A stretch of 64,000 bases of DNA from Sminthopsis crassicaudata (Eukaryota): positions 556,608,465 to 556,672,464 of the forward strand of contig NC_133618.1 of the NCBI RefSeq assembly GCF_048593235.1, in the 5' to 3' direction. Every line of letters begins with the position of its first letter. Positions within the stretch are counted from its first letter, which is position 1. The notes beneath the pieces were generated by a model that worked only from the letters and a program-made list of their open reading frames with translations, was not told the DNA's origin and searched no databases. A program made the translations under genes and the position numbers. This document shows, piece by piece, positions 13,774 to 25,720 of this stretch.

Positions 13774-13819
<46 letters not shown>
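13774..13819. repeat. (TG)n microsatellite
   Basis: Directly visible, about 23 units. Confidence 0.97.
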
Positions 13820-13821
<2 letters not shown>

Positions 13822-14339
13822 GAAAGGGAAGAGAAAGGGGAAGGGACAAAAATGATTTAATTTTAGAAAAATGAATATAATCATGAAGGACCTGAAATTT
13901 GTTCTTTGTAAGAAAGGAAAACCTCTTACCTGTTCCTGTGAAATTTCTGTTTTCATAGTCATATTTCCAATGACACAACTCAAATTCTCATTCCCACTTC
14001 AACAATTGGCTTTAACTAATAACTGAGTTTTAAAAAAATGAAAACAAGTTGTCTTTACTAAGCTATAAGGTAACAAAAAGACCCACAAATCAAACTTGAT
14101 AGTTTCTAGAGCTAAGATGTGTACTGACAAAAAAGAAGCAGCATGAAGTAAATTTGTAAACGCAGAAGTTCACAGGTAGAGAGTATTCAAAGAAGAAAAG
14201 ATAAGAAAGTAATTAAATATCCTGGAGTCAATGATGAGTTCTCAAATTCCTAGGTATTATAATGGTCTCTAATGTGAAGATAAATTTCAACTCACTTTTA
14301 AATATCCTTTACCTACTATTTTGGGGCAAAAAGTATACT

Positions 14340-14430
14340 TAAATCAATTAACAAGCATTTTTAAGAACCTACTCTGTATCAAGCACTGGGTTAGATGCTG
14401 GAGATATAAAAACAAAGAAAAACAAAGTTA
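14340..14430 (-). mobile_element. L2 3' terminus
   Basis: AATCAATTAACAAGCATTTTTAAGAACCTACTCTGTATCAAGCACTGGG...GCTGGAGATATAAAAAC. Confidence 0.55.
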
Positions 14431-14475
14431 CTTTATTTAAGTAATAGACTGAAATAATTGTGTAATGTTTCATTG

Positions 14476-14714
14476 AGGCAGATAGGGAATAGAGAGTTAA
14501 ACCTAGAATCAGAATAACTCACTTTCCTGAGTTCAAATGTAGCCTTAGATAGTTACTAGCTGTTTGACTCTAGGCAAGTCATTTCTTTGCCTCAGTTCTT
14601 CATCTGTAAAATGAGTTAGAGGGAAAAAAATCAGAAACCACCCCCGGTACCTTTACCAAGAAGCCCCTCCCCCCAAAAAATTATTAAGAGTCAGATATGA
14701 CTGAAGAACTACAA
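14476..14714 (+). mobile_element. Mar1-type CORE-SINE
   Basis: CCTGAGTTCAAAT B box, TTTGCCTCAGTTCTTCATCTGTAAAATGAG core, and GAGTCAGATATGACTGAAGAACTACAA tail. Confidence 0.75.
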
Positions 14715-14744
14715 TATGTTTATCAGAGAAATAATTGGTTTTAG

Positions 14745-15135
14745 TATGTTTCTTTTAGGACCTCATGCAACATATCTGCAAACAAAAAATGTACTGAAAG
14801 ATTAGATACAGACTGAAACATACATACATACATATATGTATATACGTATGTATGTATGTATGTATGGCATGGCCAATGTTTCAAATCAGTTTGGTTATGT
14901 TTATTTGTCACCAAAAAGAACTTCTTTTTGCCCAGGAAAGGGGTAGATAGTGGAATTTGTACAAAAAAGTAAACAGAGAAAGAAAAAAATTGCAAAAATG
15001 CACAAAAGAAAAATACATACTTTTAAACTATATTTAAGAAAACACTCATGGTTTCATACACTATTTTTTTTGTACCCTTTTGTATGTTGAAAGTTTATTA
15101 GATCATAATGAAAATTTATTTTAAATTAAAAACAT
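14745..15135 (+). mobile_element. Old degraded L1/HAL1-type 3' end
   Basis: GGACCTCATGCAAC...CATGGCCAATG... motifs of the marsupial LINE 3' UTR with an A-rich end; heavily diverged. Confidence 0.4.
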
Positions 15136-15679
15136 ACAAAAAATACGCCACTGATTACAAAAATATACCAGTGCTATGTTGTAAACAAAAAATAAAATGT
15201 CTACTTTGGGAAGGAATCAACTTCTGATGATTTACATTTAAAATGTAACAATGAAGTGTTTCTTTTTGAGAATACTGACAAATAGTCAACACATTTGGGT
15301 GTTCAATATAATAGATATCTTTTTTAAAAAATTAGAATATCATGATCTTTATGGTAATCAATTTGCATTTGACAATTCTCCCAGATTGCTTGAAGCTAGT
15401 TATGATTTACAGTAAGTAGAAAGGTTGATAACTAAAATTTCTGATTCAAAATTCAGTGCTCCTTCCACTATATCATATTTTTTCTCACTTAAAAAGTGAA
15501 TCTTAATGTTCTTGCTTCTATTCATTCCCTCCCTTCATAATTTCTTCCAAAGCCAAATTAGGAATGGGATAACCAAGGTTCTGACCATAATGTACCTAGA
15601 GATCACCACTTTTTCTCACTGTGGTGTACCTTCTGTACAACCTGTATTTACATGGTCCATAGCCTCCACAGACCTCTTA

Positions 15680-15863
15680 CAGTGGTCCTCAAACTTTTTA
15701 AACAGTGGGGCAGTTCACTATCCCTCAGACTGTTGGAGGGCCAGACTTTAGTAAAAACAAAAACTCTCACTCTGTCTCAGCCCATTTGCCATAACCCAGC
15801 GGGCTGCATAAACGTCCTCAGTGGGCCACATCTGGCCCGCTGGCCGTAGTTTGAGAACCCTTG
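15680..15863 (+). mobile_element. OC1 (OposCharlie1) non-autonomous hAT MITE, 184 bp
   Basis: 16-bp imperfect TIRs CAGTGGTCCTCAAACT (15680-15695) and AGTTTGAGAACCCTTG (15848-15863). The internal sequence CAGTTCACTATCCCTCAGACTGTTGGAGGGCC...CATCTGGCCCGCTGGCCGTAG matches the OC1 family as I recall it. The 8-bp TSD is not clean. Confidence 0.85.
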
Positions 15864-16659
15864 TGACTTAAAAGAATAGCTGGTAGAGAGTTTGCAGATT
15901 GGATAGAAAAGAGATGTTAACAACCCCCCAAACCACTAACTCTATAGTAAATTTCTAGTCTTTTATGAAATGAGTGTGATAATGTTTATAGAAGAAATTG
16001 TTTTGCAAATTACAAAGCACTGTGCAAAATTAAATTCAATGAGTTATATCTTCAACAACTATCCAAAGTCTCAGTGCAGTTCTACAAAGTAAAATAGATA
16101 GAAAGGTTATGCAATATGTGGGTTACAAAAAAAAAAAAAAACTTTCTAGTTTCATAAGTGATAGTAAATGTCCTTGTATTTCATGGATGAAATTAGGGTT
16201 CGACTAGTCCAATCCATTCATTTAAGAAATCAAGGAACTAAGGTCTAGGGGTGATAATTTGACTTTAGATAAACTAGGTTCAGTTCAATCTTTTCCAGTT
16301 TTAATGACCCTACCTATCACAGGTTGCATTATTTCTTCATTGTTTTTGTGCTTGTCCAATCTTCTATTGAACTAGAAGCAAGAGTAGAGCTTTGCAAATA
16401 GTCATCAATAATTTTTTCTTTGGTGGACAAAAAAGGATGAAGGATAGAATAATATTATACAGGTAGATGATTGCTCTTAAAAAAAAGAAACTTATGAAAT
16501 AAAGAATCTAATCTCACTATTACCAAAACTAAAGTTGCATTTGACTGAGAAGCAATTAGTTCTAACTGCACACTATGATAGAAAGTAAAATAAAACTAGT
16601 TACACTTTACTGTATTTCTTGTGCAAATCGTCAGAAAACAATACCCTTTTGAATTTAGA

Positions 16660-16830
16660 ATTCATAGTTCATAGAACCTAGGATCACTAGGAAACTTAGA
16701 AACCATCTAATCACCTTCCAGATAAGAGAACTGAGGCCCAGAAAATTTTAATTAATCTACTAAAGTTCCAAAGGTGATGAAGCCAAGATTTGAATAACTT
16801 AAATTTTGTACTGTTTCCACTCCTCATCTA
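16660..16830 (-). mobile_element. MIR3/MIRc-like fragment
   Basis: TTAGAAACCATCTAATC...AGATAAGAGAACTGAGGCCCAGA...GCCAAGATTTGAA. Confidence 0.5.
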
Positions 16831-17075
16831 TTCTATGATCCCTTATTTTTAATTATTTTGACATATTTAAAATTATGCTCATCACTATAACATAGGTATA
16901 TGAAATACAAAAAAATGAAATTGATATAAATGAATAATATAAATTTAACAAGGGCTTATTAGAAGAAATATTTACTTTTTGAAAAAGCGGAGATTTCTTG
17001 AGCTAGGTATTCCCTCTGCCAAATGATCATCATCTCTCTACAATATACAATAGTAGATTGTCTTTGAAGATTTTG

Positions 17076-17390
17076 GCCAGGCATAGTGTAACATATCTGT
17101 AACCCATTCCCTGGAGGATTAGGTTGGTAGATCAATTAGGCTTTGGCATTCTGAGCTGCAGAAGAGTTAACACTGATTTGGTGACTAGCATGTCCAAGTC
17201 TGACCTCAATATACAGAGCCCTAGAAACAAGGGGTTAACTGGATGACTAAGGGTATTAACCTGCCTACACAGGAGACAGAATATGTCAAAGTTTCCATGC
17301 TGAACATCAGTGGGATGGGCATAGTAATAGTCAGTATACTTAAGAATTATATGGTAAAAACAAAAACAAACAACAAACAAACAAAAAATA
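17076..17390 (+). pseudogene. RN7SL: 7SL (SRP) RNA retropseudogene, near full length, with A-rich tail
   Basis: Colinear with 7SL. GCCAGGCATAGTG corresponds to GCCGGGCGCGGTG, TTCTGAGCTGCAG to TTCTGGGCTGTAG, TCAATAT, GACTAAGG to GCCTAAGG, and GTCAAAGTTTCCATGCTGAACATCAGTGGGAT to GTCAAAACTCCCGTGCTGATCAGTAGTGGGAT. The tail AAAAACAAAAACAAAC... spans about 17356-17388, and the CpGs have decayed. Confidence 0.8.
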
Positions 17391-17959
17391 TCTCCTTGAA
17401 GAGAGCCTAATGATGTATCCCTGAAATTAGCTAATCTAGTCTTTAGATAATGAAATAGTGGCCTCTATAGTAAATCTCTACTCTGTCAACTCATCTTAGT
17501 GTTGAAAGAAATCATGGTCCCCTTCTCAAATCCTGAGGGGTTGAATCTGACCAAAATTCCTACCAACAGTAATGATTCAATCTAATCCTGTGATTTAAGC
17601 TGCCAACATTATGTGAAAGACTCCTATGTTCTTACCTATAACCCTAATGTTTTTTTTCCTAAACTCCACACCAAAGTTCCCAGTATTTTTTGTCCTCTTT
17701 GTCTTTATATTCCATTGACAACTAAAATTCAGTATATACAAAATTGAACTTATCAATTTACCCCCCCAAAAAATAGTCCTTTCCTTGGCTGTAAAAATTA
17801 TAAACATACTGGTTCACTATCTTTTTTTTTATTTTCTTTCTTTTTTTTTGGTAAAAGACTATTTATGATAAGATTCAATTCACTTTAACATTAATTATTT
17901 ACTATGGGAAAGGTACTCTGTTATTTGCTGAAGATAAAAAATAAAAACAAAACAGTAAA

Positions 17960-19295
17960 AAACCTGTTTCAACCATTGCTTCATCCTGGTTATACTCTCT
18001 TCCATGGGTTTTTATGATACTGCTCTTTCTCTCTAAAGTCTCTGGCAGGTCATTCTCAGACTTCTTTGCTTCATTACAATCAATATTTTGCCGAACCCTG
18101 AGAGACCCTCCAGTCTTTGTCCTGGGCCCTCTTCTTTCTCTCTCTCCAGCCTATTTCTTCATGACTTCATAGCCTCCCATGAATTCAATTATCATTTCTA
18201 CACAGATGATACTAATATAAGAATATCCAGCTCTAATTTCTCTCCTTAACTCTGGTTCTGCATTACCAATTACTGCTGATATCTTCAAATGAATGTCTTA
18301 TAGGCATCTCAAACTTAATTTATCTAAAATGGAAATCATTATCTTTGCTGTAAAATCCACTTCTCTTCCTAACATCCTTATTTCTGTAGAAGGCCCAACC
18401 ATGGGGGATTGCAACCTAAGAATTGTCTCAACTCTTCCTTCTCTTTCTTACTCCCCTCACATTTAACTAGTTGTGAAGTTGCCAAATATACATCCTCCAC
18501 TTAATCTTCAATTATTCCCTAATTTATTTCTCTATGATACTATGCAGATCATTTAGTACTCTTGTGCCTGTTTCCTCATCTGCAAAATAAAAAAGTTGGA
18601 TTTCTGCTCTCAGAGGTCCCATCTACCTCTTTATCTTTCCCATACACCATACATCTTTGGTCATGTGATTCTGACTCAATCTCTCATCAACATATATTAT
18701 TACAATTGGCTACTTTGCTCTTTTATACAACTACTAAATTAATATTCTTAAAACTTGTCTGACCATATGACTTTTAGTGCTTCCCCACTGACTGAACAAA
18801 AAACAAAACAAAACAAAAAACAACAACAACAAAAAACTCCATTTTTAAACACTTATACCCTTTCACAATCTAGTTACAACCTATCTCTCTAGAATGCCTA
18901 CACAACTCCTCCCTTTACAAATTCCAAATACATTAACATGCCTGTTGCTCCTCAAAGGTGCAACTCTTACCTCCATGCTTCTACACAAGCTGTACCTTTA
19001 CCTACCTTCTTAATTCTGCCTTTTAGAATCCCTACTTCCCGTTTATTCTCCTCTTAAATGGCAGATCTTGCACAAGACTGTCTCTTATCTACTTCTCTCT
19101 CCCTAGTTATTAGTGCATTTCACCTGAAATTATTTTGCTTTTATTCTGCATTGACTTATTTGTATACATATTACTACCCTCCAATAGAATGTAAGCTTTT
19201 GAAATGAAGAACTATTTTGTTTCTCTTTGTATCCCCACAGTGAGCATAGTGCCTCATACTTAATAGTACCTTGATAAATTCTTGCTGAATGAATG
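17960..19295 (+). mobile_element. L2 LINE, 3' about 1.3 kb
   Basis: Pyrimidine-rich L2 ORF2/3' sequence (GTCCTGGGCCCTCTTCTTT, GAATGTCTTATAGGCATCTCAAACTTAA) ending AGAATGTAAGCT...TTGCTGAATGAATG. Confidence 0.75.
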
Positions 19296-19329
19296 CTGTC
19301 AAATAGCTCATGTGTTAATTAGTAAAGTT

Positions 19330-21054
19330 AAGGGATACAATGTGAACCCTTTTGTTATATCTCAGATAAATACAGGATATTTTGATGAAGGGGAAAGCAC
19401 TAATCAATAAAATCACCAAAGAAAGCTGAGTTTCTAAGAGGTAGAGAGAAAATATTCCAGCCATAGGGAATATTCTGTGCAGCAAGCATGGAAATGGTAG
19501 ATAAAGTATGGAACCCAGGAAACAGTTAAGAAATTTCTTTGGTTAGAAAATAGATGTGAAAAAAAAAGAAAAAAGAAAATAGATGTGCAATTTGTCTGCC
19601 CAGATTTTGTAGGACTTTCTAAGCTAATCTAAGGTATTTGAATTCTATTGTAGAGGCAATAGAGAGCCACTAAAGGATTTTTGAGTAGAGAAATAATATG
19701 GCCATATTTATGTTTTAAGGATATCGATTTGATATTTATGTGGAGGATTTGTGGAAGAAATAAGAGAATAATTGAAGAGAACAGTAAGAGGTTATTGAAA
19801 GGATGGTGATACCTTTACAGAAAGAGAAAGGATTGGGGAAAATATGGTGTTTTGTTTCCTTATTTTGCCTTCTTTCACTGCTGGGCTCAGGAGTATGAAT
19901 TCTATTTGGGGGCATAAATTTAAAACATATAGATGAAAATGTCCAGCTGATGATGACTTTAGGAATAATAGTGGAATTGGCTATATAGATTTTGGAGTCA
20001 TATGAATAAGGATAATAATTCAGCCTGTAGGAGAAGATGAGATCAACAAAAAAAAGAAAATATAGATAGACAAGGTGAGAGCTAACACTTAAGGGATACC
20101 CACACTTAGTGGGAAAGAAACAGGTAAGAATTTATCCAAAGAGGTTAAGAAGGACTTTTTCAACAGATTGGAGAACAACAATAACAATTTTTATCAGTGA
20201 AATCAAGGAAGCCCATAGAGAGTATCCCCGAAAAAGGAATAGTTGACAATGTCAAACAATTGCAGCAAGGTCAAGTACAATAAAAGCAGGCCATCAGAGT
20301 TATCAGTTAAAATATTATTGGTATTTTGAGACATAATTTTCAATTGATGGGATAGGTAGATTACAAAGAATTTGTGAATGAGGAATGAAGAAATTGTAGC
20401 AATTACTTTAAGAATTTGGCTTTGAAAAGGGAAAGAGATTTTGTTAATAGTTTGAAAGAATAGGTGGATCAAGGGATATCTTTAAGGTATTAGAAGAGGT
20501 TTTAAGCAGCAGAAGAGCCAATAGATAAAGTTATTGAATAGGGCAAACTCTGTAGATGATTAAATTAAATAGAAAAATAAGCCTTAAAAATGACAAGGGT
20601 CAATGCTTCCCGAGATACTGGAGCAGAAGAAAAGGAGATATGGAATGATAATGGGAAGGGTTTAAGGCCTGGGATGGTAGAAAGAAATCATAGGAAATCG
20701 TTTCGATTTTGTTAGTAATGTAGGATGCAAAGTTTCCTGATGAATATAAAGAGTAGAAGTAATTTGGGTTAAGTTGAGAAAAGAAAGTTGGCTTTAGGAT
20801 AGATATTGCAAGAAATACATTAGAAAGTCAGAAGAAAATGAAAGGATTTTGTTGAGTTGTGAGAGTCTAAGATAAATTTATAGTAGACTCATTTAATAAA
20901 ATTTCATGGCTTTCTCAAGTAGTAGTCAACAACATGTGAGTAGGACAAGCAAAAGATAGGGAACTCCATAGTTGTGTTTTTGCAAGATCTGAACTATGAC
21001 AGGATGAAGGGCAAATATTTCAAGACTGAACTATATAGTTTAAATGATTCATCA
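19330..21054 (-). mobile_element. Old L2-type LINE fragments (left part of the host interrupted by HAL1)
   Basis: Purine-rich antisense L2 motifs (TAGAGGCAATAGAGAGCCACT, ATAGATTTGGAGTCAT, GGTCAAGTACAAT...GAGACATAATTTTCAATTGA). Confidence 0.5.
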
Positions 21055-24000
21055 GAGGAGAGATCCAAGGATTGGAGTAAAGGCATGGATGTACATGAGA
21101 TTTTCCTCAAACCCCTCCAAATACCTTTAAATATTGACTCTAAACAAATTCTAGAGTAGTAGAACCCACAAAAAAAGAAATGAAGTGAAACAATTTTTCA
21201 ACAAGACAATGTAAAAAGTCATCAGGAAGAGTCTATTATGCCAAAGTGAGAGAGGAGTACATTCCAGGGCAAGCCAAGTCAGCACAAACCAGGTCTCAGC
21301 TAACCAGGAGGCGGTATGGAGCTGACTGGATCAGTAGCATCAGTGGTGGTTTCCAGACCTCTTAGCCCACAGATAGTTAAGGGATCAGAGAACAAGCCAA
21401 AAGGAGATTTAGCAGAGTTACTTTCTTGGTTTCAGGGACAAGACTCTATTGCATTGCCTATACTTGGATCTGTGTCATGGTCTTGGGTCTTAGTCCCGTT
21501 GAAAGAAGCAGCACTAGCACACCAGAACTTGTAGCCACAGGAGAGAAGGGACTCTGGTACCAGATCCAAAATTGAAAAGTGTTCATGGTCACTCATAAAC
21601 CAGTGCACAGTACAGAAAAGTAGTAAACACATCTCTTCTTATTTTATACCACTTTGGAAGAGCCAAAACTTACATGTCCCCAAAATTACCTCTGGAAACA
21701 GCTTCACAAAAAAAAAAACAAAAAAAACAAACAAACAAAAAAAAAAACCTAAAGCTTGGGTTACTGCCCTCTCCATTTAGGAAGCAGAGCACCACTTTAG
21801 CTTAGAGTTAAAAGTCAAGAAATAAGCTGAAAAATAAGCAAACAACCAAAAAAAAAAAAAAAAAACCTCTGACCATAGAAAATTACTATAGTGACAAAAA
21901 AGATTTAAAAAACACACTCAGAAGACAACGAAGTCAAAAATTTTGCATCCAAACCCTCAAAGAAAAATATAAATTGTCCTTAGGCCCCAGAAGAGTTCAA
22001 AAAGAGTTTTAAAATTCAAATAAGAGAGGTAGAAGACAAACTGAAGGAGAAATGAGAATAATGCAAGAAAATCATGAAAAAAAGAGTCAACATCTTAGTA
22101 AAAGAGGCATACAAAAATAAAGTACTGAAGAAAATAACACCTCAAAAAAACAGAATAGGCTAAATAGTAAAATGGAAACAAAATTCAGTGAAGAAAAGAA
22201 TGTCTTGAAAAGCAGAATTGGCTAAATAGAAAAAAAAAACATACATAAAAATTCACTGAAAAGAATTCCCTTAAAAAAATGAATTGGCCAAATGAAAAAG
22301 AAGATGCAAAAGCTCGCTGCAGAAAATAATTTCTTAAAAGTTAGAATTGGTCAAGGAGAAGCTATAATTCAAATAAAATCAAAAAGATGGAAAAAATAAA
22401 ATAAAATGTGAAAAATCTCATTACGAAAAATAAAAAAGCTGACCTGGAAAATAGATCCAGGAGAGATCATTTTAAAAAAATTATTGGACTATCTGTATGT
22501 CATGACCAAAAAAGGAGTCTAAATACTGAATAGCAAGAAATTATCAAGGAAAACTGCCCTGGTATTCTAGGAGTAAAGAGTAAAATAGACATTGAAAGAA
22601 TCCACCAATTACCGCCTGAAAGCAATCCCAAAATGAAAATTCCCAGAAATATTATAGCCAAATTCTATACTTCTAAATCAAGAAGAAAATACTTCAAGCA
22701 GACAAAAAAGAAACAATTCAAATATTATAGAGCCACAATGAGGATAACACGAAATTTAGCAGCTTCTACATTAAAGAATCAGAGGACTTAGAATATGATA
22801 TTCCAGAGGACAAAAAGAGCTAAGATTATAACCAAGAATTATTAACCCAGAAAAACTAAGTATATCCTTCAGGGGAAAAAATAGATATTCAATGAAATAA
22901 AGGACTTCAAGCCTTCCTGATAAAAAGACCAGAACTAAATAGAAAATTTGATTTTCAAATACAAGATGCAAAAGTGGCATAAAAAGGTAAACAGGAAAAA
23001 GAAATTATAAAAGATTCAATACAATTAAAATGTTTATATTCTTACATGACAAATGATATTTATAACTCCTAAAATTTTTCTCATTAGAGTAGTTAAAAGA
23101 AGTACACATAGATAGAAGAAAGTATGAGTTAAATGTGATGGTATGATTATCTAAAAAAGAAATTAAATGACAAGAAAGAAAAATTCACTAGGAGAAAAGG
23201 AAAGGCAGAGATATAATTGGGAGGCATGAAAGAGATTTTTACAGTGAAAAGGAGCATATGAACTTTAATCTCATTTGAAATGGTTTAAAGAGGGAATTAT
23301 ATACATACTCAATTGAATGTAGAAATTTATTTCTCCATACAGGAAAGTAGCAAAGGAAGGGGATAAGAGAAGGGAGAGCAGTTTGGGGGAAGTACAAGTC
23401 AAAAGCAAAACACTTTTGAGAATGGACAGAGTAAAAGGAGAGAGAGTAGGACAACCAGGAAAAATAGGATGGAGGGAAATACATTGCTGGTAATTACTAC
23501 TATGAAAAAAAAAATTACAGTGAGTTTCTCTGATAAAGACTTCATTTCTCAAACATAAAAACTTCATCAAATTTAGGAAGATCCATTCCTCAATTGATAA
23601 ATGGTAAAAGGATATGAAAAGACAGTTTTCAGAAAAAAGTAATCAAAGCTTTCTTTATAGTCATATAAAAATACACTAAATCACTACCTGTGAGAGAAAT
23701 GTAAATTAAAACAACTCTAAGCTACTACTTCATACCTGTCAGATTAGTTAATATGAAAGAAAAGAAAAATGACATGTTGGAGGAGGAGGAAAATTTAAAC
23801 ATTAATGTACTTATTGAGCTTATGGTATATTGTATATTGATTCAACCATTCTGGAAAACAATTTGGAATTAGGAGAACATTGCACACAATAACAGTCTAT
23901 TGTTAATAAAAGCTATTTTTAGCAACAAAATCACCCAAGACATTTCTATAGGACTTATGAAGAAAAATTCTGTCCATCTTCAGAGAAAGAACTGATAGAT

Positions 24001-24221
24001 CAAAGATACTTTTTCTTTATTTTTCTTGTTTTTTCTGTTATTTTTTTAAAATAACATACATGGAAATGTTTTTTGCATGACTACACATTTACATAAACTT
24101 TTTAAATAGGGAGGAGAAAAAACAAGGAGGGAAGGAGAGAATTTGGAACTTAAAATTAAAAATAAAAGAATTTAAATTTTTTACATATTATTGTGACCTA
24201 AATAAAATATTAAATAAGAAA
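21055..24221 (+). mobile_element. Apparently full-length HAL1-type element (ORF1-only L1 derivative), 3167 bp
   Basis: 13-bp TSD AAATGATTCATCA at 21042-21054 and 24222-24234, at a TT/AAAT L1 endonuclease-like site. Marsupial L1-type 5' UTR (CAAACCCCTCCAAATACCTTTAAA...AGAACCCACAAAAA), decayed ORF1, only a C-terminal ORF2 remnant (about 23520-23870), and an A-rich tail. Confidence 0.85.
21835..22990 (+). pseudogene. Disrupted L1-type ORF1p (coiled coil, RRM, CTD) within HAL1
   Basis: Reading from 22540 gives IIKENCPGILGVKSKIDIERIHQLPPESNPKMKIPRNIIAKF, then ATMRITRNLAASTLKNQRT*NMIFQRTKELRL*PRII. These are ORF1p motifs with stops and frameshifts. Confidence 0.75.
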
Positions 24222-24234
24222 AAATGATTCATCA

Positions 24235-24700
24235 ATGGATCAAGGCTCTGAAGAAAGGAAAGTGCCTGGGATGGACTAGGAAAACAAAGAGCTATTCTTT
24301 CTTTGATGGGGGATTAAAGTGAGGACAAATAATGGGTTAGGAAAAACAAGGCAGAGGAAAAGTTAGAAGTATAGTAAGTTATAATCAGAGATAAACATAA
24401 GAGCTCAAGTTAAAGAAAGTAGCATATTTATGTGAGATGGTAAGATGTAACTATCTTCTGGGTGACTAAAGTATAGTGAAGATATAAGTCATGGGAAACT
24501 AATGAACTGAGATGCTGGGGCAATAACTTATTAAGGATTAAGGAGATTACAAAAACATTAATATGTATATTAAGTTCCCAACTATGCGAGCAGATTTTAA
24601 ATGGAGGGGAAGCCTTAAAATCAACTATTGACTAATGCCCTTAAGGAAAAAAATTATAATTTGGCAGGAAAAAAAAAGCATAATAAGGTTTCTAGGGCAA
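24235..24700 (-). mobile_element. Continuation of the old L2-type host element right of HAL1
   Basis: Same purine-rich decayed LINE character, resuming directly after the HAL1 TSD. Confidence 0.4.
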
Positions 24701-24964
24701 TAAAGCCCCAAAATTTCTGGAACTCAGCATTTGTACCATTTCAACAAGATAGGAATTGACCTAAACTCTGGATGCTCTACGGGGAAATATCGACTGAATG
24801 AGATTCTAATACTCCAGAAAAAAATAATGATATAAGAGAGAAATATAGTAACATATTTTCCCCACACCACTGAATGTTAGGCTTGCTTTCTATGAAAGGG
24901 ATTGAAATCAACCTGGAGACTTAATTGGCTCAGGAAAAGATGTTATTTCCTGGTGGAATAATAA

Positions 24965-25225
24965 TAATAAATATATTTAACACTTATATAATGCTTATTA
25001 AATGTCAGGCACTTGATGAGTAAGCATTTTAAACTTCTTATCTTACTTGATCTTCCCAACAATCCTAAGAGCTAGATGCTGTTATTACCCTCATTTTAAA
25101 GATGAGAAAAATGAGACCATCCAAGTCTAAGTAACTCAGCTAGAGTCATAGAAATAGTAAGTATCTAAGGCCAGATTTGAACTGAAGTCTTCCTGATTCC
25201 ATAAGTTTGGTTCACTGCACCATTT
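24965..25225 (-). mobile_element. MIR
   Basis: AATGCTTATTAAATGTCAGGCACT...GTTATTACCCTCATTTTAAAGATGAGAAAAATGAG...GTCTTCCTGATTCC. Confidence 0.7.
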
Positions 25226-25534
25226 AGATGTATTTTAGGAAGTATTCCACTCAAGCAAGTAAAAAGAGCTGAGAAAAGCCCCAGCATTTCATTTGTATCT
25301 GCTGAATGGACCAGGATTAACAATTCAGTGATGGGACCTTCACTCTATTATATCAACCCATTATGGGCATCATGTCTATCCTTGTTGAATATTCTTACTC
25401 TATTATATCTAAGTAAATCTCCTTTGGTTAACTATTGAATGACATATGGATGTTTCATTTTATTCCAACACTGAACCTAAATTACCTCAACTAGGTCTAT
25501 GGACAGCATCAGACTGTACTCTCTCAAGTAATAG

Positions 25535-25720
25535 CTAGTAATAACAGGGAACATTTATATAGTGTTTCCAGGTTTTCAAAGCAGTTTATAAATATTACCT
25601 CATTTGAGAAAACTGATAATGATAGAAGTTAATGACTTACCCAGGGAAATATAATAAATGTCTGGGATAGGAATCAACTAAATTCTGCCTGACTTTGAGT
25701 CAGGACTCTATTCAATTGCA
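25535..25720 (-). mobile_element. MIR fragment
   Basis: ACATTTATATAGTGTTTCCAGGTTTTCAAAGCAGTTT...TGACTTACCCAGGG...CTGACTTTGAG. Confidence 0.55.

Noticed and set aside
13925-14025. Strong minus-strand donor CAG|GTAAGA with an upstream acceptor
   Set aside because: All frames from the plausible acceptors contain stops; no coding exon is supportable.
22771-23570. Minus-strand ORFs of 69-99 aa
   Set aside because: They are antisense to the HAL1 ORF1/spacer; the meaningful frame is the disrupted plus-strand ORF1.
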